DNA of 32,000 nucleotides from Halomicronema hongdechloris C2206. GTDB taxonomy: Bacteria > Cyanobacteriota > Cyanobacteriia > Phormidesmidales > Phormidesmidaceae. The stretch covers positions 2,580,001-2,612,000 of the forward strand of contig NZ_CP021983.2 of NCBI RefSeq assembly GCF_002075285.3. Reading direction: 5' to 3'. Positions 21,475 to 29,085 of this stretch are shown here, piece by piece. Every line of letters begins with the position of its first letter. The first letter of the stretch is position 1. The translations under genes were made by a program, and so were the position numbers. The notes below the pieces were generated by a model. That model worked only from the letters and a program-made list of their open reading frames with translations. It was not told the origin of the DNA and ran no database searches.

Positions 21475-21771
21475 TTAGTAGCGCCGAGAGAAGCTATCAC
21501 GGCGGTTGCCACCACCAGAGGAGCGATTTTCCCGAGGTCTGGCTTTGTTGACCTTGAGGTCACGGCCCATCCACTCGGCTCCATCGAGATCCTCGATAGC
21601 TGCAGTTTCGTTAGCCTCTTCCACCAGCTCCACAAACGCGAAGCCACGGAACCGACCGGTTTCGCGATCGGTGGGCATGTGGATCCGCTTCACTGAGCCG
21701 TACTCTGCAAACACAGAGGACAAATCCTCTTCGGTAACCTCATAGGAGAGGTTGCCAACGTAAATAGACAT
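21475..21771 (-). CDS. RRM-type RNA-binding protein with a Gly/Arg-rich tail (cyanobacterial Rbp)
   Basis: RNP2 IYVGNL and RNP1 RGFAFVEL, with C-terminal RSSGGGNRRDSFSRRY. 98 aa. Confidence 0.95.
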   Translation of the reverse strand: MSIYVGNLSYEVTEEDLSSVFAEYGSVKRIHMPTDRETGRFRGFAFVELVEEANETAAIEDLDGAEWMGRDLKVNKARPRENRSSGGGNRRDSFSRRY

Positions 21772-21779
21772 ACAAAAAT

Positions 21780-21820
21780 CTCCGAAACTTAAGAGTGTGT
21801 AGGGTGTTGAGATTTCGGAG
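21780..21820 (-). promoter_or_regulatory. 5'-UTR hairpin of rbp that pairs the Shine-Dalgarno region
   Basis: 8-bp stem CTCCGAAA (21780-21787) / TTTCGGAG (21813-21820). In the mRNA, the arm next to the AUG contains GGAG, 8-9 nt upstream of the start. Confidence 0.4.
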
Positions 21821-21967
21821 CGCAGCTTATCAAGTTCAAACGGAAGACCGAAAATTGACTATCAAATGATGCAACCGAATCTTTGTCCAACCGTGATCAT
21901 TCTAACCTGGATTTTGATTTCCACAAGAGCTGAGGGGGCATTTCCCAGTCCTGGCAACGGTTTCAGG

Positions 21968-22435
21968 TTAAGTTACTTTAACCAGTACCAACTCGCCTTC
22001 AATTTTGGCCTCAAAAGCGTCTAAAGGCTCGGCGGCAGGCCCCTGGCGCACACTGCCATCGGGGTTGAACTGAGATCCATGGCAGGGACAGGCAAAGCCT
22101 TCGGTGCCATCGTCCCACTCCACGTAGCACCCCTGATGGGTGCACAGGGAATTTACCCCCAACACCGCCGTGGCATCGGCAGGATCTCGAACGACCACTA
22201 CTTGGGAGCCGAGAAAATTCTTATCAGAGAGAAAACCGGCCTCATCTAACCCGGCTACAGTCCCCACGGCCGCAAAGCCGTCCGGCCGCGGCGTAGAAGC
22301 TACCTCGACGTCCTCACTGGGGCTCTCCCTAGAACTCGAGGTGGTATCGGCGGACTGACAGGCTGCAATGGCCATGGGCAAGGAGCTCGCTAGACAGCCT
22401 AGTCCTACCCAACTGACAAATTCCCGTCGTTTCAT
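21968..22435 (-). CDS. Small Rieske [2Fe-2S] protein, predicted Tat-exported lipoprotein (PetC3-like)
   Basis: Twin-arginine KRREFV motif followed by lipobox AIAAC. Rieske boxes CTHQGC and CPCHGS. AGGAGA sits 8 nt upstream of the ATG. Lies 16 nt downstream of ccsA. Confidence 0.9.
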   Translation of the reverse strand: MKRREFVSWVGLGCLASSLPMAIAACQSADTTSSSRESPSEDVEVASTPRPDGFAAVGTVAGLDEAGFLSDKNFLGSQVVVVRDPADATAVLGVNSLCTHQGCYVEWDDGTEGFACPCHGSQFNPDGSVRQGPAAEPLDAFEAKIEGELVLVKVT

Positions 22436-22451
22436 AGCGATGTTCTCCTGC

Positions 22452-24158
22452 TCAACGTTCAGCTGGGCTTAACTGCTCAGACGGCCGCCACCCGCTGTAA
22501 TGGCGGGCGGCGGCCATGGCCACAAATAGAAGGTCCAAGCCCACCACGGCCGCAATGATCATCTCGGAACCGCCGGTGCCAAAGCCATAGCTGTGGAGAC
22601 CGGTGCCGAGGACGAAGTTGACGCCATACCAGGCCATGAGGACGGCGTTGAAGGCCACCACGCTGGCAACACCAATGCCGAAGTCGCCAATCCAGCCCAC
22701 CAATCGCCCATGTAGGGGAGCCAGGTAACAGAGCAGGGCAATCAAGGCCCAGGTTTCCTTGGGATCCCAGCCCCAGAAGCGGCCCCAAGAGAAGTGGGCC
22801 CAAATGCCGCCCAATATAATGCCGGTGGTCAACAGCAGGACGCCTACCTGCAAGACGCGATAGTTGAGCTGGGACAGGGTTCTGATCCGTCCTGTTGCCG
22901 TGGGAGTGACGAGGTAATTGCCCAGGGTCAGGTGCCCTAACCCCAGGGCTAAGGCAAAGCTGGCGTAGCTGAGGGCAATGGTGGGCACATGGATGCTGAG
23001 CCAGAAGTTATCCCGCAGCACCGGCACCAGGGGCGTAATGCTGGGATCGAGTACGGCGGGTAGGCTATCGGCCAACACCAAGCTGGTGACTGCCAACGGC
23101 GCCGCTGCCAATAGATAATAGCGGGCGCGAGACATCAGCTCGAAGGTGAGGGCCAGGGCGGCAATGCCGAAGCCGACCCAGACTACTGACTCATACATGT
23201 TGGTCACCGGGGGGCGGCCGGCGATCTGCATCCGCAGCCAGAAGCCGTAGGCCTGAATCCCCAGACCGGCGGTGAAGAGACCGATGGCGCCCCAGTAGAG
23301 ATTCCAGGGCTTTACCCAGAGGCTGATCACCACGGCGATGAAGGCCAGGCCGTAGAGCCACCAGGCTTTGGCGAAGGGATGGAAGTGATTGAAGTGCACC
23401 TCCCGCCTCAAGGCCGCCTCGGCCGGATAAATCTGGGGACTCAGCCGCTGCAGCCCTGCTTTCAAGTCTTGGGCCAGGGGACCCACCATGGGGACATGGG
23501 TGATTCCCCCTTGCAACAGGGTCTGCTGCATCTTCGCAAATACCGCCAGTAAGGGAGTAATGGCTTCGGGGTCGTAGAGTTGCTGGGCCTGGGAGAGGCT
23601 GACCCAGGTGCCCTGGGCATCGCTGGGGTGGGGCACAATCGGGAGGGTATCGCCGCCAACGCTGCCGTAGAGCCGGTTGAGCCGATCTTCGATGGTCAGC
23701 GCCTGCCGCTGGTTACGGCTCAAGTCATCGCCCTTGAGGTCGGCTTGATGGGCCTGACGCACCAGGGTCGCCAGAGCCTGGTTGGCCATCAGCTCTTGAA
23801 AGCTGAAGTGTTTGCGCGCCGGGTCTAGTCCTACGGCTGCTTTCAGGGGGCGATAGCTGACCAGCACGACGGGTTCTTGGTTCCAGTCTCGAGTGTTGAA
23901 CCACAGAGTCAGGTAGGTGCTGAGGTAGTCTTCTGACGCTCCGGCTAGGGGCTGGTAGGTCGTAGAGCCATGGATTTGGGTGACGGTTTCCTTGGCCACG
24001 GTATCTAAGGGCTTTTTGCGGCCATCCAGCTGCACGGCCAAGGTCCGCAGGGAGTCTAAGGTATCGGGCTGGAATTGACTCAGGGGCACCAGGCAGAGCA
24101 GGGTGCCGAGACAGAGGCCCAAACAGAATTTGAGCAAGTTAAAGCCTGTCATGGTCAA
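22452..24158 (-). CDS. ccsA: Cytochrome c biogenesis protein CcsA/ResC (System II haem-handling subunit), long form
   Basis: W-rich haem-handling motif WGRFWGWDPKETWA with conserved His-containing segments (HFNHFH, SIHVPT, GLHSYG). An extra region of about 250 aa lies between TM1 and the core. Start is TTG at 24158 or ATG at 24152. Confidence 0.9.
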   Translation of the reverse strand: MTMTGFNLLKFCLGLCLGTLLCLVPLSQFQPDTLDSLRTLAVQLDGRKKPLDTVAKETVTQIHGSTTYQPLAGASEDYLSTYLTLWFNTRDWNQEPVVLVSYRPLKAAVGLDPARKHFSFQELMANQALATLVRQAHQADLKGDDLSRNQRQALTIEDRLNRLYGSVGGDTLPIVPHPSDAQGTWVSLSQAQQLYDPEAITPLLAVFAKMQQTLLQGGITHVPMVGPLAQDLKAGLQRLSPQIYPAEAALRREVHFNHFHPFAKAWWLYGLAFIAVVISLWVKPWNLYWGAIGLFTAGLGIQAYGFWLRMQIAGRPPVTNMYESVVWVGFGIAALALTFELMSRARYYLLAAAPLAVTSLVLADSLPAVLDPSITPLVPVLRDNFWLSIHVPTIALSYASFALALGLGHLTLGNYLVTPTATGRIRTLSQLNYRVLQVGVLLLTTGIILGGIWAHFSWGRFWGWDPKETWALIALLCYLAPLHGRLVGWIGDFGIGVASVVAFNAVLMAWYGVNFVLGTGLHSYGFGTGGSEMIIAAVVGLDLLFVAMAAARHYSGWRPSEQLSPAER

Positions 24159-24166
24159 TGGAGGGA

Positions 24167-25633
24167 TTAGGGGTGGACAGTCTCAGGAATCGAGTCGGGT
24201 TGGGTGTCGTCACTGGCAGGCGCTGGGGGCTGGGGCGATGGCTGGCGACGGCGCAGACGCTTTGCGATCGCAGGTCCGTAGAACATGACGCCGATGCCCA
24301 GCACCACCAACAGGGAGCCGCTCCAGGTCAGAGCAGTGACCCACCAGGGCTCTCGCTTCAGTTGCAGGGTGGACTGGTTTAAATCCCCCGGATTCCAGGA
24401 GGCCTGGGCCAACTTCCAGCCGCGAAACCAAGTGGGATGGTTCATCCACACCGAGCGCTGCACCGCCGTGTCCGTATGGGGATCCCAGAGGGTGATCTGG
24501 CTGGTCCACATGGCCACCGACTCGCTACCTTCGTTGCGCGCCACGATGAAGTCATCCAGCGTCACATAGAAGGGCAACTGCAACAGCTTGGGACCAAAGG
24601 CGGCCACCTGGAGGCCATCCTGGCCTTGCCAGGAGACGGGCTCCCCCCAGGGCAGCCAGAGAGTGGAGCCATCCTGGCGAGATACCTGGAGGGCCGGGAA
24701 GCTCTCCCCTGGGGCAGCAGCCCCGGCAGTCAAGGGCACTACCCGGCGTTGCACCCGGGCCCGATCGATGCGATCGCTGAGGGAGATCTGGATATCGGCC
24801 CAGCCCGGGGCAATGACCTCACCGGGACGCCATTCACCGACGGTGGTGCCCTGGGCCCCATGGGCCCCATAGAATAACCGCTGGTCTGGGGCAGCGACCA
24901 CGCGCAGGAGGTTTGGGGCCTTGGCATCGGTGAGATCCAGGAGTCGCGCCAGCTCGGCCTCATCCTCGGCCTGCACCAGCTCCAAGTGGGCCGGGCCGAT
25001 GTCCAGCTGCCGATAGTCGCCGGGGGCCATGGCCAGCCAGCGTCTCAGGGTTTGCCCCATGCGATCGCTGCCCATGGTCAGCTGTATGGCCAAGTTGTCG
25101 ACGTTGCCACCTGGCTGGAAGCCGACAGTGGTCACGGCCTGGTCGCTGTAGCCCTGCAGGAAGAGGCCGGCAAAATGTTGGGGACTGACGGAGCCATCGG
25201 GCCGGATCACCACATCGGCAGCCCGGGTCGCCTGGCCAGGAGCCGCCACCTGCAGCTGCTCGCCCTCCACCCGAATCTGATTATTGGGGCCGCCATCGGT
25301 GCGCAGCAACAGCATGCCTTCGCTGCTGAGGTGAATTACCGCGGCAGCGCCGGCAATGAGAAGGATTAATCCCCAATGGGTGAGGGCGAAGCCAATTTTT
25401 CGCGGTCCTCGCCAGGGGTAGCGACTGAGGGTTGATACTCCCAGATTCACTGCCAGGAGAAACACTAATGCCCCAAACCAGGCACTTTTATAAATCTCTC
25501 TCTGAACCGTTGCAGAGCCGACATTAGACTCATAAACGGTGGCCCAAATCAGAATAGTTGCGATCGCAACCAACAGGGGTACAGCCAGACGAATTGAGCC
25601 CAGAAATCGGGTAAATCTGGATGCCATAATCAT
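24167..25633 (-). CDS. ccsB: Cytochrome c biogenesis protein CcsB/ResB (System II)
   Basis: 488 aa with ResB-like architecture: N-terminal TM helices, a large soluble domain and a C-terminal TM helix (WWVTALTWSGSLLVVLGIGVMFY). Directly upstream of ccsA. Confidence 0.85.
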   Translation of the reverse strand: MIMASRFTRFLGSIRLAVPLLVAIATILIWATVYESNVGSATVQREIYKSAWFGALVFLLAVNLGVSTLSRYPWRGPRKIGFALTHWGLILLIAGAAAVIHLSSEGMLLLRTDGGPNNQIRVEGEQLQVAAPGQATRAADVVIRPDGSVSPQHFAGLFLQGYSDQAVTTVGFQPGGNVDNLAIQLTMGSDRMGQTLRRWLAMAPGDYRQLDIGPAHLELVQAEDEAELARLLDLTDAKAPNLLRVVAAPDQRLFYGAHGAQGTTVGEWRPGEVIAPGWADIQISLSDRIDRARVQRRVVPLTAGAAAPGESFPALQVSRQDGSTLWLPWGEPVSWQGQDGLQVAAFGPKLLQLPFYVTLDDFIVARNEGSESVAMWTSQITLWDPHTDTAVQRSVWMNHPTWFRGWKLAQASWNPGDLNQSTLQLKREPWWVTALTWSGSLLVVLGIGVMFYGPAIAKRLRRRQPSPQPPAPASDDTQPDSIPETVHP

Positions 25634-25928
25634 CGCAATTTTGATCGAAGTCCACGTGTATACCTGTCAGGTTTAGCCGGGAAAGTTTGTATCCATTGAT
25701 GCAAAACCGATGACTTATATGCGGAAACCGTTTAAATTCGATTCCATCAGTGCATATTGAGCCTGTGTTGGCCTGATGGCAGCGTTCATGTTAGTTATGC
25801 ATCAGTTCCATGCAGCCGCTGAATATTAAATCAGAAATCGTAGTTGATTTAACAAAAATAAGCTGGGGAGTTGCCTATTTTCGAATACACACCACGACAC
25901 TCCCAATAACGTTAGAGATTGGACTGTA

Positions 25929-25954
25929 AAGATGACATGCCAAGATGACATGCC
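25929..25954. repeat. Perfect tandem duplication of the 13-mer AAGATGACATGCC
   Basis: Direct reading. The 10-mer AAGATGACAT recurs a third time at 26148-26157, spanning the globin start codon. Confidence 0.9.
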
Positions 25955-26150
25955 GTCGCCATCAGCGTTTGCAGCATTGATGATATCCGTCTTTGATCTT
26001 CTGACTTCTGATCAGATTTGGTGACGAGATTTACATCCCAGTGATGTTGCATCATGGGTCATCACCGGTCGAAATTTACAGCCTTTATTGCAGTTTATTA
26101 GGTGGCTCCTGGAGAACGTTTTGGGTTCATGATTTAGGAGATTCTTCAAG

Positions 26151-26717
26151 ATGACATCGAACGTGAATGCGGCTTCCCAAGAAACTGCCCTTCAAATTGA
26201 GCTTTTGGAGCAAAGTTTTGCGAAGGTAAAACCCCAGGCCAATGAATTTGTGGCCAGTTTCTATGACAATCTATTCACCGACTATCCGGCGGCCAAGCCC
26301 CTGTTTGCCCACACCAATATGGCAGAGCAAGGCCAGAAACTACTGATGTCCCTGGTCTTTGTGATCGAAAACCTGCGTCAACCAGGGGAACTCACTGCTG
26401 CTCTGCAGGGCCTAGGCGCTCGCCACGTCAAATACGGGGCGCTCCCCGAGCACTATCCCCTGGTGGGCAACTCCCTGCTGAAGACCTTTGAGCAGTACCT
26501 TGGGGCCGACTGGACCCCCGATACCAAGGCGGCCTGGGTCGATGCCTATGGCCTGATCACCGAGGTGATGCTAGAGGGGGCCGACTATGATGCGGCGGCG
26601 GTCAACCTCGACTCTAAACCGGTCGATGTCCCTGAGAGCAATATCAAATCCGGTACGGTCGCCAGCCTGATTGGGGGCGGCATTGTGGTGCTGGCCATCC
26701 TGTTCTTCTTGATTTAG
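26151..26717 (+). CDS. Single-domain 3/3 globin (VHb/flavohaemoglobin-type) with a C-terminal transmembrane anchor
   Basis: FYDNLFTDYPAAKPLF, LGARHVKYG (proximal His), HYPLVGNSLLKTFEQYLG and AWVDAYGLITEVML align by eye to Vitreoscilla Hb/Hmp globin domains. No signal peptide. The C-terminal 20 residues (ASLIGGGIVVLAILFFLI) are hydrophobic. AGGAG sits 10 nt upstream of the ATG. Confidence 0.9.
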   Translation: MTSNVNAASQETALQIELLEQSFAKVKPQANEFVASFYDNLFTDYPAAKPLFAHTNMAEQGQKLLMSLVFVIENLRQPGELTAALQGLGARHVKYGALPEHYPLVGNSLLKTFEQYLGADWTPDTKAAWVDAYGLITEVMLEGADYDAAAVNLDSKPVDVPESNIKSGTVASLIGGGIVVLAILFFLI

Positions 26718-26760
26718 TCCCTGCCAGTTTCTGGTTTGCCCCGCCTCTGAGGAGATATCG

Positions 26761-27408
26761 ATGATCTGGCCTGGAGGTCGATCCATTCCCTGGCAATCCA
26801 TAGTGAGCCTCAAGGGTGCGATCGCATGTGCCTGTATTGCCCTAATTGGCTGGTTCGCCGCCGCCTTCTGGCTGGATCAGCGCCAGGTGTTCTTGCCCGG
26901 CCAAACCTCCGTCGGCCACCACTTGTTTGAGACCTCCTGTAATTCTTGCCACGAAGGCTTTAAGCCGGTCAGCAACGACACCTGCAGGCGCTGCCACCAG
27001 GCCGAACTGGCCGAAGATGCCCACGGCACCCAGAAGTTTATGGACCCCCGCTGGGCCGAGGACTTAGAAAAGTTGGCCGTCCTCACCTGCACCACCTGCC
27101 ACAACGAACATGTGCACATGTTTGACCGCGGGGTACATCTACAGCCGGACCTGTGTATGACCTGCCACGACGGCATCATCACCGGCGAGCTCAAAAGCCA
27201 TGACGGGTTCACCCCCGACGGCTGTTGGACCGCGGGTTGTCACAACTTCCACGACCACCGCTCGATTTCCACCGGGTTTTTGCGCCAAAACCTGGATCAA
27301 CCGCCGATGCTACCGGTACAAGCCCTGCCGGAGCGTACCGTCTCCCCGTCCCTGGAGACAGCCCCCAGGCCTGACCTGACCTCGGAATTTGAGGAGTTGG
27401 GGCGATGA
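26761..27408 (+). CDS. Membrane-anchored pentahaem cytochrome c (4 CXXCH + 1 CX4CH)
   Basis: N-terminal TM helix (aa ~17-37). Haem motifs CNSCH, CRRCH, CTTCH, CMTCH and CWTAGCH, with many extra His for bis-His ligation. GAGGAG lies upstream. The stop overlaps the next ATG (ATGA). Confidence 0.85.
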   Translation: MIWPGGRSIPWQSIVSLKGAIACACIALIGWFAAAFWLDQRQVFLPGQTSVGHHLFETSCNSCHEGFKPVSNDTCRRCHQAELAEDAHGTQKFMDPRWAEDLEKLAVLTCTTCHNEHVHMFDRGVHLQPDLCMTCHDGIITGELKSHDGFTPDGCWTAGCHNFHDHRSISTGFLRQNLDQPPMLPVQALPERTVSPSLETAPRPDLTSEFEELGR

Positions 27409-28201
27409 AACCCTGGATTGCCATGGTGCTGGCCCTGTTACTCATGCTGGTCTACCCGGCCCCCGCCGGGGGAGAGGGAGTCACCTCAGAGGCGGTTGAG
27501 GAGGCCACTCAACTCTGGCAAGAGAGCCTCCATGCGCTGAATCAGGTGAATTGCTCCAGCTGCCATCAGCCCGCAGCCACCCGGCCCCTGCAGGGGCACC
27601 CCGACCATGAGAGTTGTCGCAGCTGTCACAAACAGGCGGTAGAGACCTTCCTGCTGGGGAAACACGGGGTGCGGCTATTGGAAGGTCAATCTCCCCTGAC
27701 CCCGGCCATGGCTCGCCTGCCCATGAAGGCGGCGGCCCACCAGCGGCAGATGACCTGTGCTACCTGCCACGATGTGCACTCCGTCAATACCGTCGCGGCG
27801 GCGGTGGATGCCTGCCTCAGTTGCCACAATGATGCCCATTCCTTGAACTATGAAAACTCTAAACATGCCCAGCTATTCGCCGCCGATCGCCAACTGCCTC
27901 GACCGTCAGCAACGGCGGTCAGCTGTGCCACCTGCCACCTACCCCGCCACCAGGTTAAGGCCGGAGAAGGCACCCTGACCCAGGTCAACCACAACAACAA
28001 CACCTATACCCTCTTACCTCGCGATCGCATGGTGAAAGAAGTCTGCATGGGCTGCCACACGGCCTGGAATACGGCTACAACAGCATTTTTGATGACGACC
28101 TGGTGGAGGCCAATTTTGATCACCCTCCCAGTTCGTCCCTAGAGACCTTTGAGCTGGTTCGGGCCCTAGAAGAACGGCGCACCGATCAAGCCGGTCCCTA
28201 G
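27405..28201 (+). CDS. Secreted hexahaem cytochrome c, with an apparent -1 frameshift at 28059-28061 (track ORF ends at 28142)
   Basis: Signal peptide, then six CXXCH motifs (CSSCH, CRSCH, CATCH, CLSCH, CATCH, CMGCH). After CMGCH the annotated frame gives TAWNTATTAFLMTTWWRPILITLPVRP*. The +1 frame gives GLEYGYNSIFDDDLVEANFDHPPSSSLETFELVRALEERRTDQAGP*, ending at 28201. Confidence 0.8.
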
Positions 28202-28307
28202 GCTCTGATCCCATCAACGTTCGCGGAGAAGACTGTCCTCACCCACCCATTTGTTCATTCCTGACTCACATTTAACTGCACGTCTTAGCGATAAGGAGAG
28301 GAGTTCC

Positions 28308-28958
28308 ATGGCATTCGTCGAGAGATGGTTCCAGACAATTCGCACCCGCACCGTTGCCTTCGTTGCCATTGTGATGGCGGTGATGGTCACGGCGGTATCC
28401 TGTAGCGGCGGTGGCAATGTCGCCGACAATGCCGGGGTGGCCCCGGAACTGGTGGCCGATTATATTCACACGGTGTTGGCGGCAGACCGTACCGCCTATA
28501 CCAAGCACGTAGTCAACCGAGTCGCGACCCTGGAAGGGAAGGCGAAGGAGGATGGTGTGTTGCCCATCGAAGCCACCGAAGGCTGGCAACAGACCGACGG
28601 CATTCCCCTACCGGCCCAGATGTTCCGCCTGGGATCGGAAATTGCCAACGAATCCGGCTACTTTACCTACAACCTGATTTCGCCCTGGTATATCAACGAC
28701 AACCATGCTCCCAAGGGGGAGTTTGAAGAGCGGGCGGTACAGGAAATGATCGACACCGGCGAGCCGGTGAAGGAATACCAAGAGATTGGAGACCAGACCT
28801 ATTTCTCGGCCATGTACCCCGACAAGGCGGTGGCGGAAGCCTGTGTCTCTTGCCACAATACCCACCCGGTTCACCTGGAACGGTACCCTGACAAGCAATT
28901 TGTCATGGATGAGGTCATGGGCGGCATCGTGATCAACATTCCCCTGCAGGGTGCTTAG
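28308..28958 (+). CDS. DUF3365/Tll0287-like c-type haem lipoprotein
   Basis: Strong SD (AAGGAGAGGAG) before the ATG at 28308. Signal with lipobox AVSC. A single C-terminal CVSCH haem site in the context typical of DUF3365 (…NHAPKGEFEERAVQEM…EACVSCHNTHP). Confidence 0.8.
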   Translation: MAFVERWFQTIRTRTVAFVAIVMAVMVTAVSCSGGGNVADNAGVAPELVADYIHTVLAADRTAYTKHVVNRVATLEGKAKEDGVLPIEATEGWQQTDGIPLPAQMFRLGSEIANESGYFTYNLISPWYINDNHAPKGEFEERAVQEMIDTGEPVKEYQEIGDQTYFSAMYPDKAVAEACVSCHNTHPVHLERYPDKQFVMDEVMGGIVINIPLQGA

Positions 28959-29085
28959 CAGGGTCGGCTCCCCTAGGGGGCGACGCCGATGCTGAACCAG
29001 CGCTGGGAGAGGTTAGCCGGAGCAGAGCCGCCCATTGCCCACCGCCCAGCTTGCCCACTGACGAGACTGTCCTAGGTCTAAAGCT

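Noticed and set aside
28965-28990. Imperfect hairpin GTCGGCTCCCC-TA-GGGGGCGAC after the DUF3365 gene, considered as an intra-operon terminator
   Set aside because: There is no T-tract on the plus strand and the stem is interrupted. It may modulate readthrough, but the evidence is too weak for a feature call.
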